Below, piece by piece: positions 37,861 through 48,300 of a stretch of 64,000 bases of DNA. Position 1 is the stretch's first letter. Each line of letters opens with the position of its first letter. The position numbers and the translations under genes were made by a program. Source of the DNA: a virus (Duplodnaviria; Caudoviricetes); IMG/VR virus record IMGVR_UViG_3300030104_006170; one strand, 5' to 3'. The notes under the pieces were generated by a model. The model saw nothing but the letters and a program-made list of their open reading frames with translations. It was not told the DNA's origin and did no database searches.

Positions 37861-38858
37861 CTTTTTTTATTTTTATAAAAATCTTTTTCTATTCTTGTTA
37901 ATCTTAAAAATGGTCTCACAAAATCTACCCAAGAGTCATCTTTCTTTGGTAAAATATTAAGAATTCCATCTGACATCATCAAGTCCAAAGCATTTTTCCA
38001 GTGTCTTCCTTCTGGGTCTATAGCTTCTTTTGATAGGTCTTTTATTCCGTTTACGGCATCTTTAGTTAGAAATTGTTCCCCAACACCAATAATTTTATAA
38101 TTTGTTTCTAATATAGAACTATCTGGTTTTTTTTGTGTCACACCTTCTAATATATTTTTTTCTTTTTTATTTATTTTCTTTTTAGATTGTATTGTTTTTA
38201 ATATATCCTCTAGACTTACTTTTTCCTCTAAAATTTCTGGTTTTATTTTTACTAATGATTTTACCCCAACCATTTTTATCCCATATATATTATCAGAAGA
38301 ATCTCCACATATGGTTTTTACAACTCTAACATTAGATGATGGTATGTTAACACCATTTAAAGGCACTTTCTCACCATATTTAAATAATTTGTTTAAAGAA
38401 ATTATATGTACAGAAACATTTTCACCAATTAACTGTAATAAATCTCTATCTGAAGTTAATATAATAATGCTTTCTTTTTGGGTTTTTTTGATGTAGTGTG
38501 CTATACAATCATCGGCTTCACACCATTTGAAGGTTGCTTGTCGCACATAAAGTTCTTCTAGGTATTCTTGTACTCTTAACTTTTGTTTAGCGTATGATTG
38601 TAGGTCATCTTGTGGTTTGGGTTTTAACCTCCTATTTAGTTTATAATCTGGGTATAGTTCAAGTCTGGGCTTTGTATTATCTTCCCCATCCCAAAAAACG
38701 ACAATTTTAGTTAATAGATAGGTGTCTATTAGTTTTCTTAAGGTATTAAGAAAATGGTATAGACCACCTATATGGTCAGTACCATTATACATATTTTTTA
38801 TACCATGAAAACCTGTATTTAGTAAGGAATTTCCGTCAACTAATAATGTTCTTGTCAA
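37857..38858 (-). CDS. 5'-3' exonuclease (PolA N-domain / T4 RNase H-like)
   Basis: LLVDGNSL, VFWDG, CEADDCI, TSDRDLLQL, GDSSDNIYGI motifs; TTG start. Confidence 0.92.
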   Translation of the reverse strand: MTRTLLVDGNSLLNTGFHGIKNMYNGTDHIGGLYHFLNTLRKLIDTYLLTKIVVFWDGEDNTKPRLELYPDYKLNRRLKPKPQDDLQSYAKQKLRVQEYLEELYVRQATFKWCEADDCIAHYIKKTQKESIIILTSDRDLLQLIGENVSVHIISLNKLFKYGEKVPLNGVNIPSSNVRVVKTICGDSSDNIYGIKMVGVKSLVKIKPEILEEKVSLEDILKTIQSKKKINKKEKNILEGVTQKKPDSSILETNYKIIGVGEQFLTKDAVNGIKDLSKEAIDPEGRHWKNALDLMMSDGILNILPKKDDSWVDFVRPFLRLTRIEKDFYKNKKR

Positions 38859-38888
38859 AACACATTCTTAAAGGGTTAAACAATTTTT

Positions 38889-39323
38889 TTACTTTACTAC
38901 TTCTAATAATTCAATTTCGAAACTCAAATCTTCACCAGCTAATGGGTGATTCATATCTAATTCTACAGTTTCCTCATTAATTTTTACTACTTGTCCTTGG
39001 ACAGGTCTACCGTTCTGGTCTTGTCCTTGGATAAATCCATTCAATTCATACTTTAGTGATTCTGGGAATTCACTTTTATTAACTGATATGATTGCCTCGT
39101 TAATATATTCACCGTAAGCTTCTTTAGCTTTAATATCTACTTTAGCGGTACCACCAACCTCTAAGTCTTTAACAGCATCATTAAAACCTTTTAGTAATTG
39201 ACCGTCATCAATTACAAACTCTAACCCTTCTCCTCTGTCTCTTGAGTTATCAAATTTAGAACCATCTTTTAGGGTACCTATATAGTGTACTTTTACTTTG
39301 TCTCCTGTTTTTATTTTAGTCAT
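38889..39323 (-). CDS. slyD: FKBP-type peptidyl-prolyl cis-trans isomerase, SlyD-like without His-rich tail
   Basis: VKVHYIGTLKDGSKFDNS, LLKGF, AYGEY and LDMNHPLAGEDLSFEIELLEV motifs. Confidence 0.92.
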   Translation of the reverse strand: MTKIKTGDKVKVHYIGTLKDGSKFDNSRDRGEGLEFVIDDGQLLKGFNDAVKDLEVGGTAKVDIKAKEAYGEYINEAIISVNKSEFPESLKYELNGFIQGQDQNGRPVQGQVVKINEETVELDMNHPLAGEDLSFEIELLEVVK

Positions 39324-40320
39324 TTTCTTTTTCTATTTTTAAATCGAAATCACCACCAACCCCTAATTGTTCAGACCAGAAGGTAGCATTTTCTTGTTTA
39401 TATTTTTCTATTGATTTCTTTTCTTCACTAGCTTCTCTTCCAGCAATGAATCCATGTGGTGTTATAAGGATTTTACCATCTTCATAACCCAAACCATTAA
39501 CATGATTTTTCATAATGGTTATTTTTGTTCTAGTAGCAAATTTTACTTTTCGTTTTTCTTTAACCGCGGTAATATTTGTTGTGCCACCATTTTTTTGGTT
39601 TCCAAATCTAAACACTAAAGTAGAATTTAACCACAAAGATTCTCCACCTTTTGCTTTAATTTTAGGTTGCCCAAATGGATTGTCTGGTAATTCCACCCAA
39701 GGTTGGTTGACGACAACTAATGTATTAGTGTATTTGGAATCTTGTCTTCTTGATTTACCGATTCTTTGGTTGAGTCCCATACCTATTTTATCCGCTAGAG
39801 TTGCTGCATTATGCATTTTTCCACCTTTACCTTCAAAAGTCATTTTACAAGGTACAGAACCAACAGAATCCCACAAAAATAATAAATCATATTCTAATTC
39901 ACCCTTATCTTGTGCGTCAAGTAGTGTATTAATATAATCTGTAATTTCTTCTATGTATTGGAAATCGTTATTAAAAAGGAAGAATCCGTCCCAATCTATT
40001 TCTCCTGTTGTTTTGTCCACAACTTCTTCACAATCAAAACCTAAAAGTTTTGCGTGTTCAAAACCCCATTTTTGTTCAGTAATAATTAAAACAGGTAGAA
40101 TTCCTTTTTTTTGTGCATCTACCGCTGCTTTTATTAAAGCAGTTGTTTTACCTGTATCCGAATGTCCTAAAAACATTTGTAAATGTCCCATCGCTGGTCC
40201 TGGTAAACCAGTAGCATCAAGGAAAGCTTTCCCTAAATCAAAAAATCTTTCTGGTTTAAAGTTAGCTTTCTTTGAGAATTTATTTTTCAAATCTGAAAAT
40301 GTTCTTTTTTTCAATGCCAT
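39316..40320 (-). CDS. recA: RecA/UvsX-like recombinase
   Basis: Walker A GHSDTGKT, WDSVGS, VNQPW and KGG..L..NS motifs. Confidence 0.88.
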   Translation of the reverse strand: MALKKRTFSDLKNKFSKKANFKPERFFDLGKAFLDATGLPGPAMGHLQMFLGHSDTGKTTALIKAAVDAQKKGILPVLIITEQKWGFEHAKLLGFDCEEVVDKTTGEIDWDGFFLFNNDFQYIEEITDYINTLLDAQDKGELEYDLLFLWDSVGSVPCKMTFEGKGGKMHNAATLADKIGMGLNQRIGKSRRQDSKYTNTLVVVNQPWVELPDNPFGQPKIKAKGGESLWLNSTLVFRFGNQKNGGTTNITAVKEKRKVKFATRTKITIMKNHVNGLGYEDGKILITPHGFIAGREASEEKKSIEKYKQENATFWSEQLGVGGDFDLKIEKEND

Positions 40321-40329
40321 ATCCCCTAG

Positions 40330-41199
40330 TTAAAATGGTAAATCTTCATCTTGTGGGTCGTTTGCCTGTGGGTCTGTGGTACTACCTAATGTTGTTGTAT
40401 TAGTAGTATTTTTAGTAGCGTTTGGGTCGTCATAAACATATTTTTTAAGTTCAGAATCCCATACCGGGTCTAGTCCTTTAGAAATTGCTTCCAAGTACTC
40501 AACAGGTTTTTGTGAATACACATCTTTCCAAGTTCTTTCATCCCCTACCCACTCTTTAGATTGTGCTTCATCTGTAGATAATGGAGCTGGGTCTTCGTAC
40601 ATAACCGCAGAAACTGTAGTGTATTCCCCTCTACCTCCTGGTAAAGGTACTGATTGTAAAACTAATATAAGGTCTCTACCTTCTTTAGCGTCGGTAACAT
40701 CTCCCTTATTTCTCCAAATAGGGATGATTTTATCAATAGGCCCATCTCCTTTCCAGTTATGTTTAAATCTCCAAAACTTAACACCATCTTCTTCGTTATC
40801 TCTATCTACTACTTTAACAATGTAGAATTTTTGTGAACGATAAGAACGTGCTAATTCTTTAGATTGTGCGTCTCCTGCTAATCTTAAAGCCTCTTCAACT
40901 TCATTTAATGGACTTCTTTCACCAGATGGTCTTCCGTCTGAATTTTTTCCTGGGTCATAAAGTTTTTGCCATCTTCCTTGTACTTGTACATTATGGAAGA
41001 ATACTTCTTTAAATGGTGATGAACCGTCTGTTGTTGGTACGATTCTAATTCTTTTTTCTCCTTGTTTTGTTCCTTTTGGTAACATAATAGAAAGATATTG
41101 TTTCATTCTTTCTTCTGATGTCATTTGTGGTTTCGTGGAACCACCACTTTGTTTGTTTTTCTCGTATTGAGCTAAAACTGCATCTAAACTATTACTCAT
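40330..41199 (-). CDS. Single-stranded DNA-binding protein (gp32-like phage family)
   Basis: IRIVPT..SPFKEVFFH, YIVKVVDR..GVKFWRF, DPVWD motifs; acidic C-terminus DEDLPF; precedes the recombinase. Confidence 0.8.
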   Translation of the reverse strand: MSNSLDAVLAQYEKNKQSGGSTKPQMTSEERMKQYLSIMLPKGTKQGEKRIRIVPTTDGSSPFKEVFFHNVQVQGRWQKLYDPGKNSDGRPSGERSPLNEVEEALRLAGDAQSKELARSYRSQKFYIVKVVDRDNEEDGVKFWRFKHNWKGDGPIDKIIPIWRNKGDVTDAKEGRDLILVLQSVPLPGGRGEYTTVSAVMYEDPAPLSTDEAQSKEWVGDERTWKDVYSQKPVEYLEAISKGLDPVWDSELKKYVYDDPNATKNTTNTTTLGSTTDPQANDPQDEDLPF

Positions 41200-41240
41200 A
41201 AATTTTTTTTTTAAATATTATTAATTAATAAACATATGTA

Positions 41241-41272
41241 TAAATGTACACATATATTATTGTTATGTCAAA
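41241..41272 (-). promoter_or_regulatory. Host-type promoter for the replication operon
   Basis: Minus strand TTTG-N20-TACATTTA (Bacteroidota -33/-7 consensus, one mismatch); also reads as TTGACA-N17-TACATT. Confidence 0.6.
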
Positions 41273-41289
41273 TAAATATGGGGGAAAGT

Positions 41290-42045
41290 TTAGTCTTCGT
41301 CTTCCGCGTCTGGGTCTCCGAAACTTTTTTGGATATCAACAGCACTATAGTCTTCTACATCGTCTTTAGTTAAAACATATTGTTTTTTACCAGTTTTATC
41401 AAATACTTCTTCTTTGTCAGTAAAAAAATCACTTAGTGTCTTATTATAAGGACCACTATCATGTTTTCTTAAACCTAATTTTTCTTCTGGTGTTCTTGGT
41501 CTATATTCTTCTAATTTATCTTCTAGACTACTAATTTTAGTAGCGACCTCTTCCATTGAAGAGAGTTGGTTCTCTAGGTCTGAAAGTTTTGTCATTAAAT
41601 CATCTAGACTTTGTGTATTTTTAGATAATATATCTTTTTGGTCGGATAGTTCTGTATTTACCTCATCTTGTTTACTCACCAAATCAGTAACATCAAGTTC
41701 TGTAGTGTCTTCTTCAGTACCCATATCAGTATCTATATCAGTATCTAAATCCATTTCATCTTCAACAGCCACATCCTCTTCACCACCTTCATCTTCAACC
41801 GGTACTTCTTCAGTATCAACTTCTAATTCTTCATCTTCTAATTCTGGGGCTTCTTGTTCAGCCATTTCCATACCAAATTTTTTCGCTAATCTTTCGACAT
41901 GACTTCCCATACCAAGATTGCTAAGACCACCAATATTATCACCAATAGCACTAATTCTTTGTTCATTCAAATTATCACTATTGTGACTGATTTGATTAAA
42001 TCTTTTAAGTTCTTCTAGGATAGATTTTTCTACTTCTTTAGCCAT
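41290..42045 (-). CDS. Acidic coiled-coil protein, possible scaffold or internal head protein
   Basis: Very Asp/Glu-rich centre, predicted coiled coil, N-terminal ILEELKRFNQI..LNEQ. Confidence 0.6.
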   Translation of the reverse strand: MAKEVEKSILEELKRFNQISHNSDNLNEQRISAIGDNIGGLSNLGMGSHVERLAKKFGMEMAEQEAPELEDEELEVDTEEVPVEDEGGEEDVAVEDEMDLDTDIDTDMGTEEDTTELDVTDLVSKQDEVNTELSDQKDILSKNTQSLDDLMTKLSDLENQLSSMEEVATKISSLEDKLEEYRPRTPEEKLGLRKHDSGPYNKTLSDFFTDKEEVFDKTGKKQYVLTKDDVEDYSAVDIQKSFGDPDAEDED

Positions 42046-42277
42046 TTAATAATTGTTTTACTTGTCCGGATGGAGATTCTACTTGTACTTTTCTATTAAC
42101 TCTAATACTATTTTCTACTCTTTCTATTAAACCATCTCTACTTCTAATAGTATAACAAATACCAGTATCTAAATCACAAACTTGTTGTCCTTCGGGTGTT
42201 TGTCCGTTTTCAACAATATTATCTGTTTTTTTACATAAAAAATTTCCTAATTTTTGTCTAAGTTGTTCTGTTATCAT
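42038..42277 (-). CDS. Small hypothetical protein (start revised to MITEQL)
   Basis: The TATTTAT motif at 42296-42302 lies inside the tracked 5' extension, favouring the ATG at 42277; CxxxxxxC (VCDLDTGIC). Confidence 0.65.
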   Translation of the reverse strand: MITEQLRQKLGNFLCKKTDNIVENGQTPEGQQVCDLDTGICYTIRSRDGLIERVENSIRVNRKVQVESPSGQVKQLLNG

Positions 42278-42334
42278 AATATGTTTAGTATACCTATAAA
42301 TATACGTAAATTCATTAATAGTCAATATTATCTA

Positions 42335-45300
42335 TTATTGACGTGTTCTAGGTAAGAATTCAGCTGGATTTAAATAGTGTTCTACTATTTTACCTTCTTG
42401 TTTTACCCCTCTTTTTATTTCAAAATGTAGATGAGTGCTTTTAGATAATCCACTATTACCCATTATACCAATTACTTTGTTTCCTCCACCAGGACCAACT
42501 TCTCCTCTTTGTATTGAGTCGTCCACATTTACTGTTATACCTTCTCTTAAAAATGCATATCTAGTTAAATAATATGATGTTCCTTCTTCTGGTGGGTCAG
42601 TGTTTAAAATGGTTTTAATTTCAACATGATTTCCATATTTAGAACAACTTTCACTTTCTTGTAATGGCTTACAACCATCAACAACTTTAGTCACTATACC
42701 ATAAACTGAAGGATAAATTTCAATACCACCATTTTCATCATTCGCAAAATCTATATTATCCGAAGTAGGACAAATATCAACACCTAAATGTTGTTTTTCT
42801 GGGTCTTCGTTTGGTGTGACGATAAATGTACCAGCACTTAAAGTAACGTCATTCCACCTAACATTGTCAAGGTCTAATGGTGGGGTTTCGTAGGTTACCC
42901 CAGTCGCTATATAATTATTTTGATTTGGGTTTAGTTTTTTCTGACTTTCTGTCGCACTGAGTCCATCATAGTATAAATCTATAGGTATTTTTTCTAGTCT
43001 GTCCTCTGCCTTTTCATACAACTTAACATTAACTCTTTGTACTAAATCACTTATAGCTGGTAGAGTTGGTTTTGGAACTCTAACACCTTCAAAAGTTGTT
43101 TCTATACTATTTGGTCTAATTTCATGTTCAACATTAATAATTAAATAAGGTCCATTAAACATAGGTAAGTATCTTAGTTGGAAGTATTGTGTCGGTTGTA
43201 TCGTTACATTTCCAACACATGTTACTCTTGCGGTATAGGACCTACTAGCATATACATTAAATAAAGAGACTGATGCTGGTGATGTAGAATTTCCTCCACC
43301 TGAATCTGCCATACTTTGTAGTATCTTAAAACTCTCGGAGGTATTTTGAAATTGTGATTGGTCTAGTGTTATTGATTCAAAAATGTTTTGGTTAGGTATA
43401 CCAAAGTCTACATTGAATCCCATCACTTTATTTGATTGTTCTTTATTACCACACTCTTGTGTTATTAAAGGTGAGTTAGGTGAGTTATAATTAAAAGAGT
43501 CATTATTATACCCATTATTTGGTGTTTTTGCGTTTAGTTGTGATGAAGGTTTACCAACATACTGACATAGAAAAGCTGGTGCTGAGTCTATAAAATCTAC
43601 TGTTTTAAATGTCCCAAACATAGCATTTCCTTGAGCTTGTGTGTCTGTACCTTTTTTTTCTACATTAAAGAAATTTATATAAGAAGGTAACGGTATAAAA
43701 TTAAAATAGTTATTAGCTAATATAATACTTAAATAACTTGAGACACTTTGTGTTAGGGTTTTGGAATTGGTGTCCGTAAATGGTGAATCTAATTGTAGTA
43801 TGTCCCAAATATTAATTATGGCTTCATCTCCTATGTCCTGATTTGCTCTATCTAAAAATAAAAACTTTTCAAAAAGTGTCTGGTCGGTTAAATTAGTTCC
43901 AGAAACCCACCTATCGTTTATTGTTTTAAATTGATTATATAGTTCTAATTTTATTTCATCTGATTTAAGTTCTGGTCTATCATCAGTAACAACATCTATT
44001 GTAACATCATCAGTTTCTAAGTTTTGTTTTATACTTTTTTGTAATTCAGTTAATAGATTATTAATATAAATTGATTGGGTTTGTTGTGAACTAATTACGT
44101 CATTCATAAAAATATTTAAGAATGTACTAGCTGGAGTGGCCCCATTTAAACTAACGTAACTTGCATACAACTTAATAAAAGGAGCAAACAATTTAATATT
44201 ATTAGTGTTAAATTCCATCCCATCTGGGGTTATATTATTAATAGTTTGGAAAAAATTATACATGGGGTTTGACTGGTCAGCTGGGATTAACATAGCGAAT
44301 TGATTTGAGTTGTCTGGATAAAATTCACCCACTTCAAGTCTCATTGTTTGGTGTTCTATATTACCCGCTGGAAAAAATCCACCAGCTAATGGGATTGCTT
44401 GTCCATTACTGTAACTACCATATATTTCAGTTATGTTATTATAATCATCAGAATCATTATTATTGATGTCATGGATTTGATGGATTCTTTGTAGTAATGT
44501 TTCATTATTTATTACTAGGTCTAGGTTTGTTGTACTTCTGTGGATATATTCTACTTTCTTATTTAAAAACTGAAACATAGAATTATTAAATTTTAGAAGT
44601 TGTGCTTCGGCTAATATTTTACTGGTTGGGGTGACTGGACTGTTTGTTACCATATTAACCCAGGTGTTTTCAACAACAACTAATTCTTTAACTATACTCT
44701 TTAAAGAACCACCTAAATCTGTAGAACTTCCTGGTCTAGAAAAAACTAAAAATTTTTGTTCAAACTCATCCAATTGTTCTTTATTAAATACACCTCTAAG
44801 AACTTCAATTGTTTCATATATAGATTGTTCATTAAAACTCCAAGCTTCTTGTTCGTTTTTTGTATTATCAATCATTTTAAAATATTCTCCCGGTCCAGAC
44901 TGGTATGATGCTTGATGTTCAAAGTACCCATAATTGGATGCTCCCCATAAAATTCTAGTAGCTCCATTGTGTAAAGCTGGATTACCATAGGTTGGTACGT
45001 CGTATGTACTTGCATCAGTTTGGTTTAACCCACCGGATGAGGGGAATAGTATAGTATATCTATTTGCTTGAGGTGCGTTAGGTGTGTCTATTCCAAATGC
45101 TGGGTCTGTTATGTTAGATGAACTTAGGTAAACACTATAAAATTTTACATCAACACCATCAGATGATGTGTAATTAATATTACTATTAGGTTCTATAGTT
45201 AGTGCAGCGTTACCTCCTGGGTCTATCAAATTATTTAGTTGTTGTCCCACACCAATATTGGTATAACTATTATTATTACTAGCTATAAATTGTATAGCGT

Positions 45301-48300
45301 TAATTAATGCTGGATAAACACCTACTTGCATAATAGTATTAGAAACGTTACTTTCTTGACTTACGTAAGGGTATGGTCCTGATGTGGTCATACCACCATC
45401 ATTACTGGTTAAAAATGTGTAGTAGTTTGGTGCGTTTAAAGCTGTTTCATAAATACTACTTGGTCCGGTATAACCTAGAGGTGGTACAAAACCAACATTA
45501 CCCCAAATAGAATTTAGTGGGTCTACTTGTGTTTGTACTTCTGTTTTGTATCTCCACCAAACTGAACCTATTCTTAATATTAAAGAAATTGGTAAATTAT
45601 GGATAGCAGGCATTTGGTTAAACATTTGTGATATGTAGTTACCAAATTCATAGTTATCACCATCTTTATATAAAACTTTTTCTCTTAGTGTAGGTAGGGG
45701 TAATGAATTTAAAAATAGGTATGCCGCTTGTGTGTAAGGTTCTGCAATACCTACTTTATCAGCTTCTGTACCCGCAATCAAAGCATTTATAAAGTAAGGT
45801 GTGTTTAACATCGATGTTAATCTTACGGGTGGTGTTTGTGTATTTGTTCCCCCAGTAGGTGGGATTGTTGATACTGTTGGAAACCCGTGTACTTCCCCTT
45901 CAGTTATAAATTTATGTTCAGTAAAAGATTCATATGCTTGGTTTGCGGTAGTAAGGGTGTTTAAAGCATTAGAATTGTTTTTTCTTTCTATTAGTTTTTC
46001 TTGGTCTTCATCAATAAACTTAGACTTTGTATACTTTTCTCTTATTAAATAAAGGGTACTCCATGTGTCAGCCAATACATTTTTTTCATTTATATCATAC
46101 TGTACATTTTTATTTATGTCGAAAAAATCGTTACTACCTAATGTATCACCATTCGCAAAATTATTTCTAACCCAATTACCAAAAATACAAGGTGCTAAAT
46201 CATATAACCCATTACTTTTTCCTTGTTTTAAAGCTTCAGTGTTAGTTTCGAAATTTTGATTTTTAACTGTAAATCTAGATTTATTAAAATTTAAAGTATA
46301 GGTTGGTTTTATGTTATATGGGGTAATCACTCCGTACTTAGCATATATTTCAAATCTAAATGGGTCTGCCTCTTGTAGAATGTTTAGTATTTGGACGTAC
46401 CCGGAGTTTATACCGGTACCACCACCTAAGTCCATAAAAACTTGTTTTTGTGTACTATAATTTTTAATTCTCTGGTATAGATTTAATGCATCATACTTTG
46501 CTAATTCAACTATCGAGTCACCTATTAAACTATTTGTTGGTGTACCTACTTGTCCAGCATATCTAGATGATAGTCCACCATTTAAAACCACTCTTTGAGC
46601 TCTATCTAATAGTTCAAACCATATATCCAAATCTTCTAAACTAAAATATGGTGTTTCTAGTGGTGGCCAATCATACACGGTTATTGGTGTCCAGTCTTTA
46701 TCGACACTTTCATTAGCTACTGTTGGGTTAAATAAACTAAATTTATAATTAGTTGCTTTAGTATATTCTTCTACAAATTCTACTTCAGGCCATATCTTTG
46801 GATTATTAGCTAATGTTTGAGCTATTACGTCTGAAGAACCAGGATATGTTAAAACAGAATTAGTTGTAGTACAGTTACCACCTTTTTCTTGTTCTTCAAT
46901 TTTATAATATTGGGGCCACGGATATACTATTTGGTTGGTTGCGTTGGAGTCGTCTGATGAAACTGCTGCTGCTAATCTTTGTTCGTTTTGTCTTTGTGCA
47001 AAAGCATCTGTATGTACGTCATCAAGTAGTTTTAAAAAAGTATCTGCTCCCGCTAATATTATAGCAAAAACATTTCTTATTGTTGGTTTAAATCCTATCG
47101 CTTTTTGTAATCTACCATTAAGTTTTTTACTTAAGTCTTCAGCCATGGACTTTGCTTTGGTCTCAAACATTCTTTTAGTTGTAGTCCATATAAATAAAAA
47201 ACTATCTGTATCACCTTCAAACATAAACCAAGGTGCTTGTCCTGGTGGTAATTGAGTTGTTATCCCACCTATTTGTACGCTACCTTTAATTTGTGAGTTT
47301 TCAAAAATATCATACGTTGGGTCACTAAATCTAGTGGCGACAGAATATTTACCACCTTCTATGTTACTTCTTGCTTTAAAAGTTGGGTTTTGTTGTAATA
47401 ATTTAACGTATTTTTTTACTACTGCTTCTAAGGCATTTTTAGCTTCTTCTATTAACTTGTCTTGTTTTTCTTTTCTAGTTGCAGGGTCAGTTTCTGATGT
47501 AGCCGCAGACATTCCTTTTAAGGGATAGGCTTGTGTTATTATAGTTCTTCCTGTATTTGGTGTGGTTGGAGTTGGTTGTCCTGGTGTTGGTGGAAATGGT
47601 GGTTCGTTCACGGTGACATTTCTTCTACCATTAGGGGACGTATCTAAGTATTTTCCAACCCATCCTTTTTTACCAATTACAGCTTTTTTAAATTTTTCTA
47701 AAGTTTCTTCGTATTCTAATTTATGGGTTGTACTCTCTAAACTCGCTTGTCCGAAAACCTGTGCCATATCATTATCAATAGATTGTATTTTTTCTATTAA
47801 TTCAACTGTAGTATATTGGTTATTAAATATATTTTCATTAATTAGTCCTTTGGAATAATATTCTCTATATACCTCACCCAATATTTGTCTACCTTTGGTC
47901 ATCTGTATATTACCACTTTTTGGGTCTTGTCTAGTTGGGTATAGGTAAGGTGCAGTCACTGCTTCATGCATATTTATATCCCTTAACATCGCTATATGAT
48001 TACCTTTAAAATCACATGTTACCAAGTAATCACCAGATGCTGGGTCAAAACGAGATATAAATTTTTCTAATGTTAACTGATATTGTACCGCTTTCCCGTA
48101 GTAACCTTTAAGTGTTAGAAAAAATGTTGGGTATGGTAGATGAAAAAATGCGGTATAGGGTGTGTTGACTTTAGCTTGTTCAAATAAAGTTTTTCCCCTA
48201 ACATCGGTAAAGTTTATAGTTACCTGTGGTATATAAGATGCATTAATTTTAATACTTATAGAAGTTATACCAAAACCCTGAAAGTCGTTTTGGTTACTTA

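Noticed and set aside
34084-40320. Inteins or group I introns in RNR, helicase or RecA
   Set aside because: ORFs are continuous and of normal length; no splicing or homing-endonuclease motifs seen.
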